This document shows, piece after piece, positions 18,822-27,681 of a DNA stretch of 64,000 nucleotides. This stretch comes from Candidatus Magasanikbacteria bacterium CG11_big_fil_rev_8_21_14_0_20_39_34 (GTDB lineage Bacteria > Patescibacteriota > Patescibacteriia > Magasanikbacterales > UBA922): the NCBI GenBank assembly GCA_002787355.1, contig PCWN01000008.1:69873-133872 (forward strand), given 5' to 3'. How positions within the stretch are numbered: position 1 is the stretch's first letter; the number at the start of each line of letters is the position of its first letter. The notes beneath the pieces were generated by a model. The model was not told the origin of the DNA. It did not search any database and saw nothing but the letters and a program-made list of their open reading frames with translations. A program made the translations under genes and the position numbers.

Positions 18822-19898
18822 ATGATTGAAGCAGCATCACTTTTTATCCTCAGTGGAATTACATTTCTTGTTCCACAGCTTCGTGCTCTTTATTTTAGAA
18901 AAGATCTAGATGAAAAAAGTCAGCCAAATACTTTATCAAACATACCCTACTTTGATTTTTTAAGAGGAATTTCTATAATTGCTGTTATTATTATTCATGT
19001 CATTTATTTTTATAAAGATTCACTTTTACTTCCAAATTTGAATACTCTTCTCGTATTTTCTCTCAACAACATACTACGATTTGCTATTCCTTTTTTTCTT
19101 ATTACTTCTGGAATTTTACTTACCCCTTTTCCCTACACAAGAAAAAATTACAAACATTTTCTTTTGAAAAAATCATTAAAGCTCCTTCCCCCCTACCTTC
19201 TTTGTTGTATCTTTATTGCATTTTATCATCATTACCCACTGGTTAAATCAATTCAACTCACCCTCACCGGTTTTATGGCTGTCCCCTACTATTTTATTTG
19301 TATTCTTTTTCAGGCATATTTTTTTTACCCCCTTCTCCTAAAATATGTAGAAAAAAAATACTTTTTGCAATTCATGTTCCTCTTGTCCATTCTTTGCTAC
19401 TGCATACCCCAAACTTGGCTTATTTGGGGATTCCCCTTTGTAGGAAGATACCTCTTCTTTTTTGCCTACGGGATAAAAATGCGAAATTATTTCCTTTTTA
19501 AAAAATTAGAAAAAAAAGAAAGCCCTTTCTGGCTTTCTTTAATACTTTTTTATTTGACACTTGCCATTGCCTTCCCCGCTTACTACTACAATGTACGTCT
19601 CATCTACGGAATTGCCCTTTTTAACATCTGTATGATATTGCAACCCTACATTAATTTGAAACATAAGCTGAACAAAATTCTTATTGCCTTTGGTAAGAAT
19701 AGTCTTTTTATTTTTCTCACCCACTTTGGACTGATCAGCTTTCTTTTTACTCTTTTAAAAAATGTTTCTCATCTTCCTCTTATCCATGCGGTCCTTATCA
19801 TCGTTCTATGTATTCCCGGAAGTTTTCTCCTGGCAATCATTTTTAAAAAGACATATCAAAAATTCTTTTTTCTTTTTACTCCAAAGAATCTTCCTTAG
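18822..19898 (+). CDS. Acyltransferase-3 (OafA/YrhL-like) membrane acyltransferase
   Basis: FDFLRGISIIAVIIIH, RFAIPFF.ITSG, PY, YFI..LFQ.Y, GKNSL.IFL.H. Confidence 0.85.
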   Translation: MIEAASLFILSGITFLVPQLRALYFRKDLDEKSQPNTLSNIPYFDFLRGISIIAVIIIHVIYFYKDSLLLPNLNTLLVFSLNNILRFAIPFFLITSGILLTPFPYTRKNYKHFLLKKSLKLLPPYLLCCIFIAFYHHYPLVKSIQLTLTGFMAVPYYFICILFQAYFFYPLLLKYVEKKYFLQFMFLLSILCYCIPQTWLIWGFPFVGRYLFFFAYGIKMRNYFLFKKLEKKESPFWLSLILFYLTLAIAFPAYYYNVRLIYGIALFNICMILQPYINLKHKLNKILIAFGKNSLFIFLTHFGLISFLFTLLKNVSHLPLIHAVLIIVLCIPGSFLLAIIFKKTYQKFFFLFTPKNLP

Positions 19899-20253
19899 CA
19901 GACGCTGAAGGTTCAATTTTGTTTTTCCCCCTTGATATTTTCAGTGCAGCATAAACAGAAAAATCCGGATAGGGTGCCCCTTCTACACGAATAACTCCCC
20001 TTTCTGGGTGAATCCCTGTAATTTTAAAGGTTCCAAGTTCTGTCTTTACAAAATATACTACCCCCTGTTCAATATTTTTGAGTAAGGTTGAAAATCTTAC
20101 TCCTGAAAGAGCCTCAAATTTTTTAAAAACGGCATTTTCATGTTCTTCACGTATTCTCTTCCCCCTTTCTGCTCTGTTTCTCATCCGAGCATCCTCTACT
20201 TCACGTGAAAGATGATCAAGCCCCTCCCCAATATTTCTTCTTTCTATAGTCAT
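19876..20253 (-). CDS. Hypothetical protein
   Basis: Probable start MTIERRNIGEG (ATG 20253) just after the pgm stop; 125 aa. Confidence 0.55.
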   Translation of the reverse strand: MTIERRNIGEGLDHLSREVEDARMRNRAERGKRIREEHENAVFKKFEALSGVRFSTLLKNIEQGVVYFVKTELGTFKITGIHPERGVIRVEGAPYPDFSVYAALKISRGKNKIEPSASAKEDSLE

Positions 20254-20260
20254 ACGATAA

Positions 20261-21679
20261 TTATAGTAGTGCTTCAACATTGACCCCATAGGTAAAATCA
20301 ATTTCCTCAATAGAGTGAAGAATATCTGAAGCCTGTTTTTTTAAGTCATTATATTGTTCTTCTGTTTTTGCTTCAAATTTTATGGTCATATACGGACCAT
20401 TTTGTGATGCACGAAAGATAAGCATCTCATTTTCTGTATCCATTCGTATCCCATCAATTTCAGTATATTTTGCATTTGGATAGAGATCCTTTACCTTTTT
20501 TGCTATTTGTTCTTTTACTACCTGAAATTTTATATCATCAGGACAACCAACTTTTATCTCTGGACTAGAAATATATTGTGGAAGCTCAGCAACAACTTCC
20601 TTCAACGTCATTTCTTTTCTCCCCAAGTATTCAAGAAGCCTCAACGCACCAATAGCGGTATCATCATGTCCAAAAAAATTATCAACAAAGAAAAAATGTC
20701 CACTTAACTCTCCACCAAAAATAGCACCAATCTCTTTTATTTTTGCTTTTATAAACGAGTGCCCAGTCATCCACATAACAGACTGTCCACCAGAAGCCTG
20801 TATGACATCTCCTACTTGTTTTGAGCATAACACATTATAAACAATTTTTGCTCCCGGAAGATACTCTAAAATATCCTTTGCATAAATAGATACTAATGTA
20901 TCATTCCACATGAGATTCCCCTCATGATCCACTACCCCCAGTCTATCTCCATCGCAGTCAAAAGAAAATCCAAGGTCAGCTCCTTCCTGTTTTACACGTG
21001 CCGCCAAACGCTCCTGAACTTCACGCTCCGTAGGATCTGGAGTACCAACCGGGAAGTTTCCATCCGGAGTAGTATTTTGTTCTATTACCTCACAGCCAAG
21101 TCTTCGAAGAATCTCTGGAATAATGGGTCCAGCATTCCCCGCAGAAGCATCCACCACAACCTTCATGGGTTTAATATTTTTAGCTTTTTTTATTACATCT
21201 TCTGCATACATCTCAAATACATCCTTTTCAATTACTTTCCCCTTTTCCTTCAAAGACATATACTCACCACTCCAAACCAGTTGTTTAAACTCATGAATCT
21301 CCTCTGTGACCATAGTCTCAGAATACCCGGTCCCAAATTTAAACCCATTATACTCTTTTGGATTGTGTGAAGCTGTAATCATGACCATTCCACGAGTTCG
21401 AAAATAATATTGGGCAAAATAGGCAACTTGACTCATCGTCATTCCTATATCATAGACAGTAATTCCTGAATCAGTGAGCCCATTTACAAATGCATCTCGA
21501 AAAGCAGGACTGGACAATCTACAGTCTCGTCCTACAACACAGTCATAGATACGTCTCCTCAACAACCAAGTAGCATATGCCCGAGCTAAAATCTCTACAT
21601 TTTCCTCCGTAAAGTCCTCTCCCACAACACCACGCATGTCATATCCTCGAAATGCATGCTCCGGTATGATTTTTTTCAT
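20261..21679 (-). CDS. Phosphomannomutase/phosphoglucomutase
   Basis: FRGYDMRG, ITASHNP, DCDGDR metal loop, GGELSGH, RASQN.P. Confidence 0.95.
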   Translation of the reverse strand: MKKIIPEHAFRGYDMRGVVGEDFTEENVEILARAYATWLLRRRIYDCVVGRDCRLSSPAFRDAFVNGLTDSGITVYDIGMTMSQVAYFAQYYFRTRGMVMITASHNPKEYNGFKFGTGYSETMVTEEIHEFKQLVWSGEYMSLKEKGKVIEKDVFEMYAEDVIKKAKNIKPMKVVVDASAGNAGPIIPEILRRLGCEVIEQNTTPDGNFPVGTPDPTEREVQERLAARVKQEGADLGFSFDCDGDRLGVVDHEGNLMWNDTLVSIYAKDILEYLPGAKIVYNVLCSKQVGDVIQASGGQSVMWMTGHSFIKAKIKEIGAIFGGELSGHFFFVDNFFGHDDTAIGALRLLEYLGRKEMTLKEVVAELPQYISSPEIKVGCPDDIKFQVVKEQIAKKVKDLYPNAKYTEIDGIRMDTENEMLIFRASQNGPYMTIKFEAKTEEQYNDLKKQASDILHSIEEIDFTYGVNVEALL

Positions 21680-21806
21680 AAAAGTGGTTAAATTAAACTA
21701 ATTTAATGAAAATTTTTCTTTGACAAAAAGCCTGCGCGTAGTATATAATAGACTCGTAAAAAAAACAATTTGTGCAAAAAATTTGTCCAAAAATAGCTGA
21801 AAAATT

Positions 21807-24323
21807 ATGTCAGAGCACAACAAACTATTAGACAATTTCTCCGCCCATCTCAAAAATACCATTGCTCGCGCTATCACCATAGCAGAACAGATGAATCATG
21901 CCTGTGTTGAGCCATCTCACTTGCTCCTCTCACTTTCCCAAGAAAAAGGATCTATTGGGTATGAAATTCTTGCAAAATTTCAGATAGACTCGGACAAACT
22001 CATTGATATTTTTTCATCTAAACTTGATTTCCCCATTACCCCACAAAATCTCTCAACAGACCAAAAAACAACCACACTTCCCAACCTTGATGAAAAATCA
22101 AAGGAAGTCCTTGAAAAAGCCATGGTCCTCTCCTACCGCGAATCGCACACCTACGTAGGGACTGAACACCTTCTTTTTGGGATCATATCCATCCAAGAAC
22201 CAAAGCTTCAAGCAATTTTTAAAGACCTCAAGATAACAAAAAAAACACTTAAAGACCAAGTGAATTTTATTATCCAAAGTACTAGTGCCTTTCCCACAAT
22301 AGATGATATTCATGGAATTATGGATGATATCCAAGAACTGAACCAAAATGGAGCACAAGGTCATCACTTGTTTGAACGCCCCACACAAAAATCTTCTTCC
22401 TCTGCCATAAATCAATACAGTACAATTCTGACCAACAAGGATCACCAAAAGGATATAGATCCAGTTATTGGTCGTGATAAAGAAATTGAACGTATTATTA
22501 GTATCCTGTGCAGAAGAAATAAAAACAACCCCATACTCCTTGGTGAGGCTGGTGTTGGAAAAACCGCAATAGTGGAAGGACTTTCAAAGAAAATTGCAGA
22601 AGGGAGTGTACCCGATATCCTTAAAAATAAAAAAGTTCTCTCTCTTGACCTTACCCTTTTGATTGCAGGAACTATCTACCGAGGAGAGTTTGAAGATAGA
22701 CTCAAACAAATTATCCAAGAAGTATCAGAAAACTCAAACTATATACTTTTTATTGATGAAATTCATAATATAATTGGTGCGGGATCAAATCAAGGAACCA
22801 TGGATGCCGCCAATATACTCAAGCCAGCACTTGCACGTGGAAAACTCCGATGCATTGGTGCAACAACCTTTGATGAATATGAAAAATATATTGCGTCTGA
22901 CCCAGCACTCGATAGACGTTTTCAAGCAATTCATGTAAAAGAGCCTTCTGCTGAAGAAACAAAGTCTATACTCAATGGTGTAAAAAGATATTACGAAAAT
23001 TTTCATGAGTGCCATATTGATACAGATGCTATCAATGCCGCCGTGGATCTCAGTATCCGTTATGTACACGATAATTATCTTCCAGATAAGGCCATAGATC
23101 TATTAGATGAAGCCTGTGCTTATAGAAGATCACAAAAAAAACTTTCTAAAATACAAAGAAGACAATGGGATTTACTACAAAAAGAAGAATCTCTTGAAAG
23201 AGAAAAAGAAAGAGCCATACTCAAAGAAAACTTCAAGAAAGCCACAGAAATAAAAAATGAAATTGAAAAAATAAAAAATGAAATGAAGAAGCTATCAAAA
23301 CAAAAAAAGCTTGGTCCCAAAATTCAAATTTCAAAAAATGACATAGCCTACGTTCTATCACAAAAGACAAAGATAGACATAAATGTACTTCTCCAGTCAC
23401 AGTGGGAGAATCTTCAACGGCTCAAGAAAGAACTCTCCAAACATATCCTGGGACAAAACCAAGTAATCGAAAATATTGTTGAAACACTTATCCAATCAAA
23501 TTTGGGGATGAAAAATCCAGAAAAACCACAAGCGTCTCTCCTTTTTGCCGGCCCAAGTGGCGTTGGAAAAACATACCTTTCCCAACTCCTTGCAGAACAC
23601 CTCTATCACGATCGTTCCGCCCTTATTCGCTTGAATATGAGTGAGTTTTCTGAATCGCATGGAGTATCAAAACTTCTTGGTTCACCTGCTGGATATGTGG
23701 GATTTAAAGGACGAAATCATTTTCTCGAACAAGTGAAACGGAGGCCCCATTCTATTCTTTTATTTGATGAATTTGATAAAGCCCATGCGGATGTCCGCAA
23801 ACTTCTGCTACAAATTCTTGACGAAGGAACATTGACCGATGCGCAAGGGAAAAAAATCACTTTTAAAAATGCGATTATAATTATTACAACGAGTGTCGGT
23901 GCACAACTTTTTGAAACTTCCAGTATTGGTTTTGATAACAAAGAACTAGGAACAAAACAATACTCATCAAAAATTCAATCGGAAACCAATGATAAATTAA
24001 AAGAATTTTTTGGTGCTGAGCTTTTGGGACGCATTGATAAGATCTGCTTGTTTCATCCACTCGATGCACAAACGATAAAAGGCATTGTTGAGATAAAACT
24101 TGCTGAAATCAACAAAAGACTTCAGGAAAAATTCAAATCAAAAGTAAAAGCAGACAAGCAAGCACTTTCAGCTATTGTTCATGATGCCTACAACAAACAT
24201 ATGGGGGCAAGAAATATTGATAATGTATTACAAAATATTCTTGCACAGACTTTAAAATTTCCACTCGATCAAGAAAAAATTCTTACCCTCACAAAAAAAT
24301 CGGACCACTATGAGCTTATCTGA
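21807..24323 (+). CDS. clpC: ATP-dependent Clp protease ATP-binding subunit (ClpC-like)
   Basis: Two Clp-N repeats (HLL), AAA1 GEAGVGKT/FIDEIH, UVR-like coil, AAA2 GPSGVGKT/FDEFDKAH; promoter TTGACA at 21720. Confidence 0.92.
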   Translation: MSEHNKLLDNFSAHLKNTIARAITIAEQMNHACVEPSHLLLSLSQEKGSIGYEILAKFQIDSDKLIDIFSSKLDFPITPQNLSTDQKTTTLPNLDEKSKEVLEKAMVLSYRESHTYVGTEHLLFGIISIQEPKLQAIFKDLKITKKTLKDQVNFIIQSTSAFPTIDDIHGIMDDIQELNQNGAQGHHLFERPTQKSSSSAINQYSTILTNKDHQKDIDPVIGRDKEIERIISILCRRNKNNPILLGEAGVGKTAIVEGLSKKIAEGSVPDILKNKKVLSLDLTLLIAGTIYRGEFEDRLKQIIQEVSENSNYILFIDEIHNIIGAGSNQGTMDAANILKPALARGKLRCIGATTFDEYEKYIASDPALDRRFQAIHVKEPSAEETKSILNGVKRYYENFHECHIDTDAINAAVDLSIRYVHDNYLPDKAIDLLDEACAYRRSQKKLSKIQRRQWDLLQKEESLEREKERAILKENFKKATEIKNEIEKIKNEMKKLSKQKKLGPKIQISKNDIAYVLSQKTKIDINVLLQSQWENLQRLKKELSKHILGQNQVIENIVETLIQSNLGMKNPEKPQASLLFAGPSGVGKTYLSQLLAEHLYHDRSALIRLNMSEFSESHGVSKLLGSPAGYVGFKGRNHFLEQVKRRPHSILLFDEFDKAHADVRKLLLQILDEGTLTDAQGKKITFKNAIIIITTSVGAQLFETSSIGFDNKELGTKQYSSKIQSETNDKLKEFFGAELLGRIDKICLFHPLDAQTIKGIVEIKLAEINKRLQEKFKSKVKADKQALSAIVHDAYNKHMGARNIDNVLQNILAQTLKFPLDQEKILTLTKKSDHYELI

Positions 24324-24663
24324 AAATGAAAAAAATAAAATAGTAGCTCTCCAAGTAGCAAAGACTCGAGCCATACAAAAGAATCGGGTTCTTGATACTG
24401 TACGTGAAAAACAAATAAAAAAAGAGCTTATCTATTACAAGCAAAAACTTTCTGAGTCTTGCAATCAAAATGATTCTTCAAAATCATTTGAAATTTTAGA
24501 AAAACTCATACAACTGCAGGGTGAACTTCTTGAGCTTATCTTACACAAAATCCAAAACAGATACGGCTATGTAAGTGACGCCATAACACAAAAACTTACA
24601 AAAATATTTATAAGGGACAGTCATGAACTTTCAAAAAATGTTCTGACACATTTTTATGGCTAA
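24310..24663 (+). CDS. Hypothetical helical protein
   Basis: 117 aa; overlaps both neighbouring genes. Confidence 0.7.
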   Translation: MSLSENEKNKIVALQVAKTRAIQKNRVLDTVREKQIKKELIYYKQKLSESCNQNDSSKSFEILEKLIQLQGELLELILHKIQNRYGYVSDAITQKLTKIFIRDSHELSKNVLTHFYG

Positions 24664-25816
24664 CTCCACTCCAGCACTAAAAACGCAAACTTCCAAACAA
24701 ATTGCCGGTCTCATTAAACAGACGGCTCTTGATGCTATGGTTTCATCAAATGCAGTCCCCTCTTCACAGGCAAAACAAATGGCCGATAAAATAGAAAATG
24801 AAGTGATACAAAATGTTGAGGGTGCGGTTGAAAAAGCCATTGACCAAATAGTTGAAAATTTTGGAAAAGAATTGGATTCTGCAAATGAAAATATTGATGC
24901 TCATCCCGAGGATATTCCCCCTCTTGAAACTCAAGAAGAACTTGGTGATTCTGCTCCAAAAGAAAATATTGCTGGATCAGAAGAACAACCTCCATCAGAA
25001 GAACAAAAGACAGAAAGACCTAAAGGGTCCGCAGCCCTTGGTGGAGAAAAATATTGGCAACAAATGGCCGATTCGCTCAAAGATGAAGACGAAGCGGAAA
25101 AACCTTATGAACCTTTCTCCGAAGAATCCGGGGAAAATACAGAAGAACCCGAAGAACCAACTCCTGAAGAGGAAACAGAACAAATTGAAAGACCAAAGGG
25201 TTCTGCATCCACGGGAGGAGATGAGTATTGGCAACAAATGGCTGATGCCCTCGCACAAGAAGAAGAAAATCAACAAAATGAAAATGAGGAAAAACCATCT
25301 TCTGAGAATGAGGATGGTACTGCCGACGAAGAAGATGCACAAAAAAAAGCAAAAGAGATAAAAGATGCCGCATCTGAAAAAATAAATCAAAAAGAACAGG
25401 AAAAAAGAGCCCTTGTAAAAGACAGAAATGATATTGAAGCCAAAATCACCCCAACCAAGAGAAAAATACGTTGGGAACTTGCTTTGATTACCGCACGTGG
25501 CATTGTCATATTTGTGGCTGTAATTGGAATTCTTATTGGACTCGTACTTCTTATCTTTGGAATTGGAATGGCTATTTTAGGTTTCTGTGGAGAGTATATT
25601 GCAAGAATGTCTGTAAACATTGGCCTAAGTTTGCAAAAAATAGTAGAATATAAAGGAGAAATAGCTAAATTTGAAAAAGACATAGAAACTCTAGATCAAC
25701 GTATTAAAAACATAGATCGAATGATTCAACTGATCCAAAGAAATGCCCAACGAGAAAGTAAACAAGTTTTTCAACGTTACCTTTTAACACAAAAAAACGC
25801 ATATGGACGAAAATAA
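24656..25816 (+). CDS. Acidic low-complexity protein with internal repeat, coiled coils and TM hairpin
   Basis: E-rich middle, two ERPKGSA..GG..YWQQMAD repeats, hydrophobic hairpin flanked by coiled coils. Confidence 0.8.
   Translation: MANSTPALKTQTSKQIAGLIKQTALDAMVSSNAVPSSQAKQMADKIENEVIQNVEGAVEKAIDQIVENFGKELDSANENIDAHPEDIPPLETQEELGDSAPKENIAGSEEQPPSEEQKTERPKGSAALGGEKYWQQMADSLKDEDEAEKPYEPFSEESGENTEEPEEPTPEEETEQIERPKGSASTGGDEYWQQMADALAQEEENQQNENEEKPSSENEDGTADEEDAQKKAKEIKDAASEKINQKEQEKRALVKDRNDIEAKITPTKRKIRWELALITARGIVIFVAVIGILIGLVLLIFGIGMAILGFCGEYIARMSVNIGLSLQKIVEYKGEIAKFEKDIETLDQRIKNIDRMIQLIQRNAQRESKQVFQRYLLTQKNAYGRK
25013..25252 (+). repeat. Intragenic direct repeat (two copies of ~66 nt)
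   Basis: GAAAGACC.AA.GG.TC.GCA...TATTGGCAACAAATGGC.GAT at ~25013-25078 and ~25187-25252. Confidence 0.85.
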
Positions 25817-27038
25817 AAAACGCATCATTTTCATAATAGGTTTTGTGTTCATGACTTTGGTTTTAGGTTATGCCCTTTATAAAGTATTTTTTCAAAAGGG
25901 AACACAAGAAGAACCACCTGTTAATCTTGGACTCATAGAACAAGGGGCCTTTCCTTCTTCAGGACAAACAACCACAACAAATGGACGTGTCGTACCTGGA
26001 ACCGGTGTTCTTCCCTCTTCACAAGAATCCGTATCTACTAATATCCTTACTCAAAAAGACAGACTCCTCCAAGAAAGTCCTACACTTCAAGTAACTGAAG
26101 AACGAATCAACAATGTAGCCCTCGGAGCAAATGGGAATGTAAGTTTTTATAGCCCTCAAGATGGAAAATTTTATAGACTTCAGGATGATGGCACTATACA
26201 AAGTATCTCAGACAAAATTTTTTATAATGTTGACAAAGTTACCTGGGCTAAAAAAGATGATGAAGCAATACTCCAATATCCCGATGGATCCAACATTTAC
26301 TATAATTTTGATACCCAAGAACAAGCAACCCTTCCCAAATATTGGGATGACTTTTCTTTCTCCGCAAAAGGTGATCAAATCGCCGCGAAAAGTTTAGGGT
26401 TTTCTCCAGAAAACAGATGGCTCGTGGCATCAAGCCCAAATGGGAAAAATACCAAATTTATTGAACCGTTGGGAGATAATGCGGATGAAGTCATCGTAAA
26501 TTGGTCCCCCAATGAACAAGTACTAGCGTTTTCCAAAACGGGTCAAGACTTAGGCTCAGACCGGCAAGAAATCCTCTTTGTAGGCGCAAATCAAGAAAAT
26601 TTTAACTCCACAGTAGTTGAGGGACGAGGATTTGAACCTCTTTGGTCTCCAAGTGGAGAAAAACTTTTATATAGTGTTTATAGCGCAAACAGCCAATTTA
26701 AACCAGAACTCTGGATTGTAAATGGAGCCCCGGGGTCTATCGGGAGTGGAAGAAAAGCATTAAAAATTAACACCTGGGCAAACAAATGTGCATTTGAAAA
26801 TGAACGCTTTATTTATTGTGCAGTACCAGTATCTCTTGATCAAGGTGCTGGCTTTGAACCAAGTATTGCAGATAATATTTCTGATCAGGTTTTCAAAATA
26901 GATACACAAACCGGTGTAAAAACGGAGATACCCATTGATGGTTATCACACCATTGATACTCTTATCATAGATAAACAACACAAACAAATTTTCTTTACTG
27001 ATAAAGTAAACTCAGGATTATTCAAAATACCTCTATGA
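25803..27038 (+). CDS. Membrane-anchored beta-propeller (TolB/WD40-like) protein
   Basis: N-terminal TM, S/T-rich linker, repeated WSP/FS..GD blade motifs (NWSPNEQ, LWSPSGEK, FSAKGDQ). Confidence 0.7.
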   Translation: MDENKKRIIFIIGFVFMTLVLGYALYKVFFQKGTQEEPPVNLGLIEQGAFPSSGQTTTTNGRVVPGTGVLPSSQESVSTNILTQKDRLLQESPTLQVTEERINNVALGANGNVSFYSPQDGKFYRLQDDGTIQSISDKIFYNVDKVTWAKKDDEAILQYPDGSNIYYNFDTQEQATLPKYWDDFSFSAKGDQIAAKSLGFSPENRWLVASSPNGKNTKFIEPLGDNADEVIVNWSPNEQVLAFSKTGQDLGSDRQEILFVGANQENFNSTVVEGRGFEPLWSPSGEKLLYSVYSANSQFKPELWIVNGAPGSIGSGRKALKINTWANKCAFENERFIYCAVPVSLDQGAGFEPSIADNISDQVFKIDTQTGVKTEIPIDGYHTIDTLIIDKQHKQIFFTDKVNSGLFKIPL

Positions 27039-27679
27039 TAAAACCAAGACACCTTGTTGTAATATTTATACCAGCCATTATTCTCATTATTTGGATACTG
27101 TATGGTTTTCTTTCTAAAAATTACCAAGACGCAGTTAAATTAAAAGAAATTTATGATCGGGATAATAGCCTTGATCTCATCCCTATTCTTCCCGGTGATC
27201 CACTCATTGGAAACCCAAGAGCGGCCACCAATATCATTGTATTTGAAGATTTTGGCTGTGATGGTTGTGCAGCTCAAACGGCACTTCTGGACCAGCTTTT
27301 GGAAAAGTACCCCGATAAATTTAATATTATTTGGAAAGGACTTCCAGTAACACATTTTCCCGATTCATCAGAAGAAGTTCACTCTTACGCGTATTGTGCC
27401 AATAAACAAGGAAGATTCTCAGCATTCAAAGATATAGCATTTGCAAATAATAAAAATTTATCAACTGAGAATCTAAAAATAATTAGTGATACTATTCATC
27501 TTGATCCAAAAGAACTTGATGATTGTCTTCATTCTGAATTTCCAAAAGAAAAAATTAAACAAGTACAAGACTTAGCCTACACACTCAATATTGCATCCGT
27601 TCCAACAATTTTTATAGACAATAAAGAGGTCCTTCCTCAAGATTCTCTTGAAGGTTGGGAAGCCTATTTTGAATTGTAA
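27035..27679 (+). CDS. Membrane-anchored DsbA-family thiol-disulfide oxidoreductase
   Basis: GNP.A...I.VFEDFGCDGC, cis-Pro loop SVPTIFI, N-terminal TM. Confidence 0.88.
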   Translation: MIKPRHLVVIFIPAIILIIWILYGFLSKNYQDAVKLKEIYDRDNSLDLIPILPGDPLIGNPRAATNIIVFEDFGCDGCAAQTALLDQLLEKYPDKFNIIWKGLPVTHFPDSSEEVHSYAYCANKQGRFSAFKDIAFANNKNLSTENLKIISDTIHLDPKELDDCLHSEFPKEKIKQVQDLAYTLNIASVPTIFIDNKEVLPQDSLEGWEAYFEL

Positions 27680-27681
27680 TT

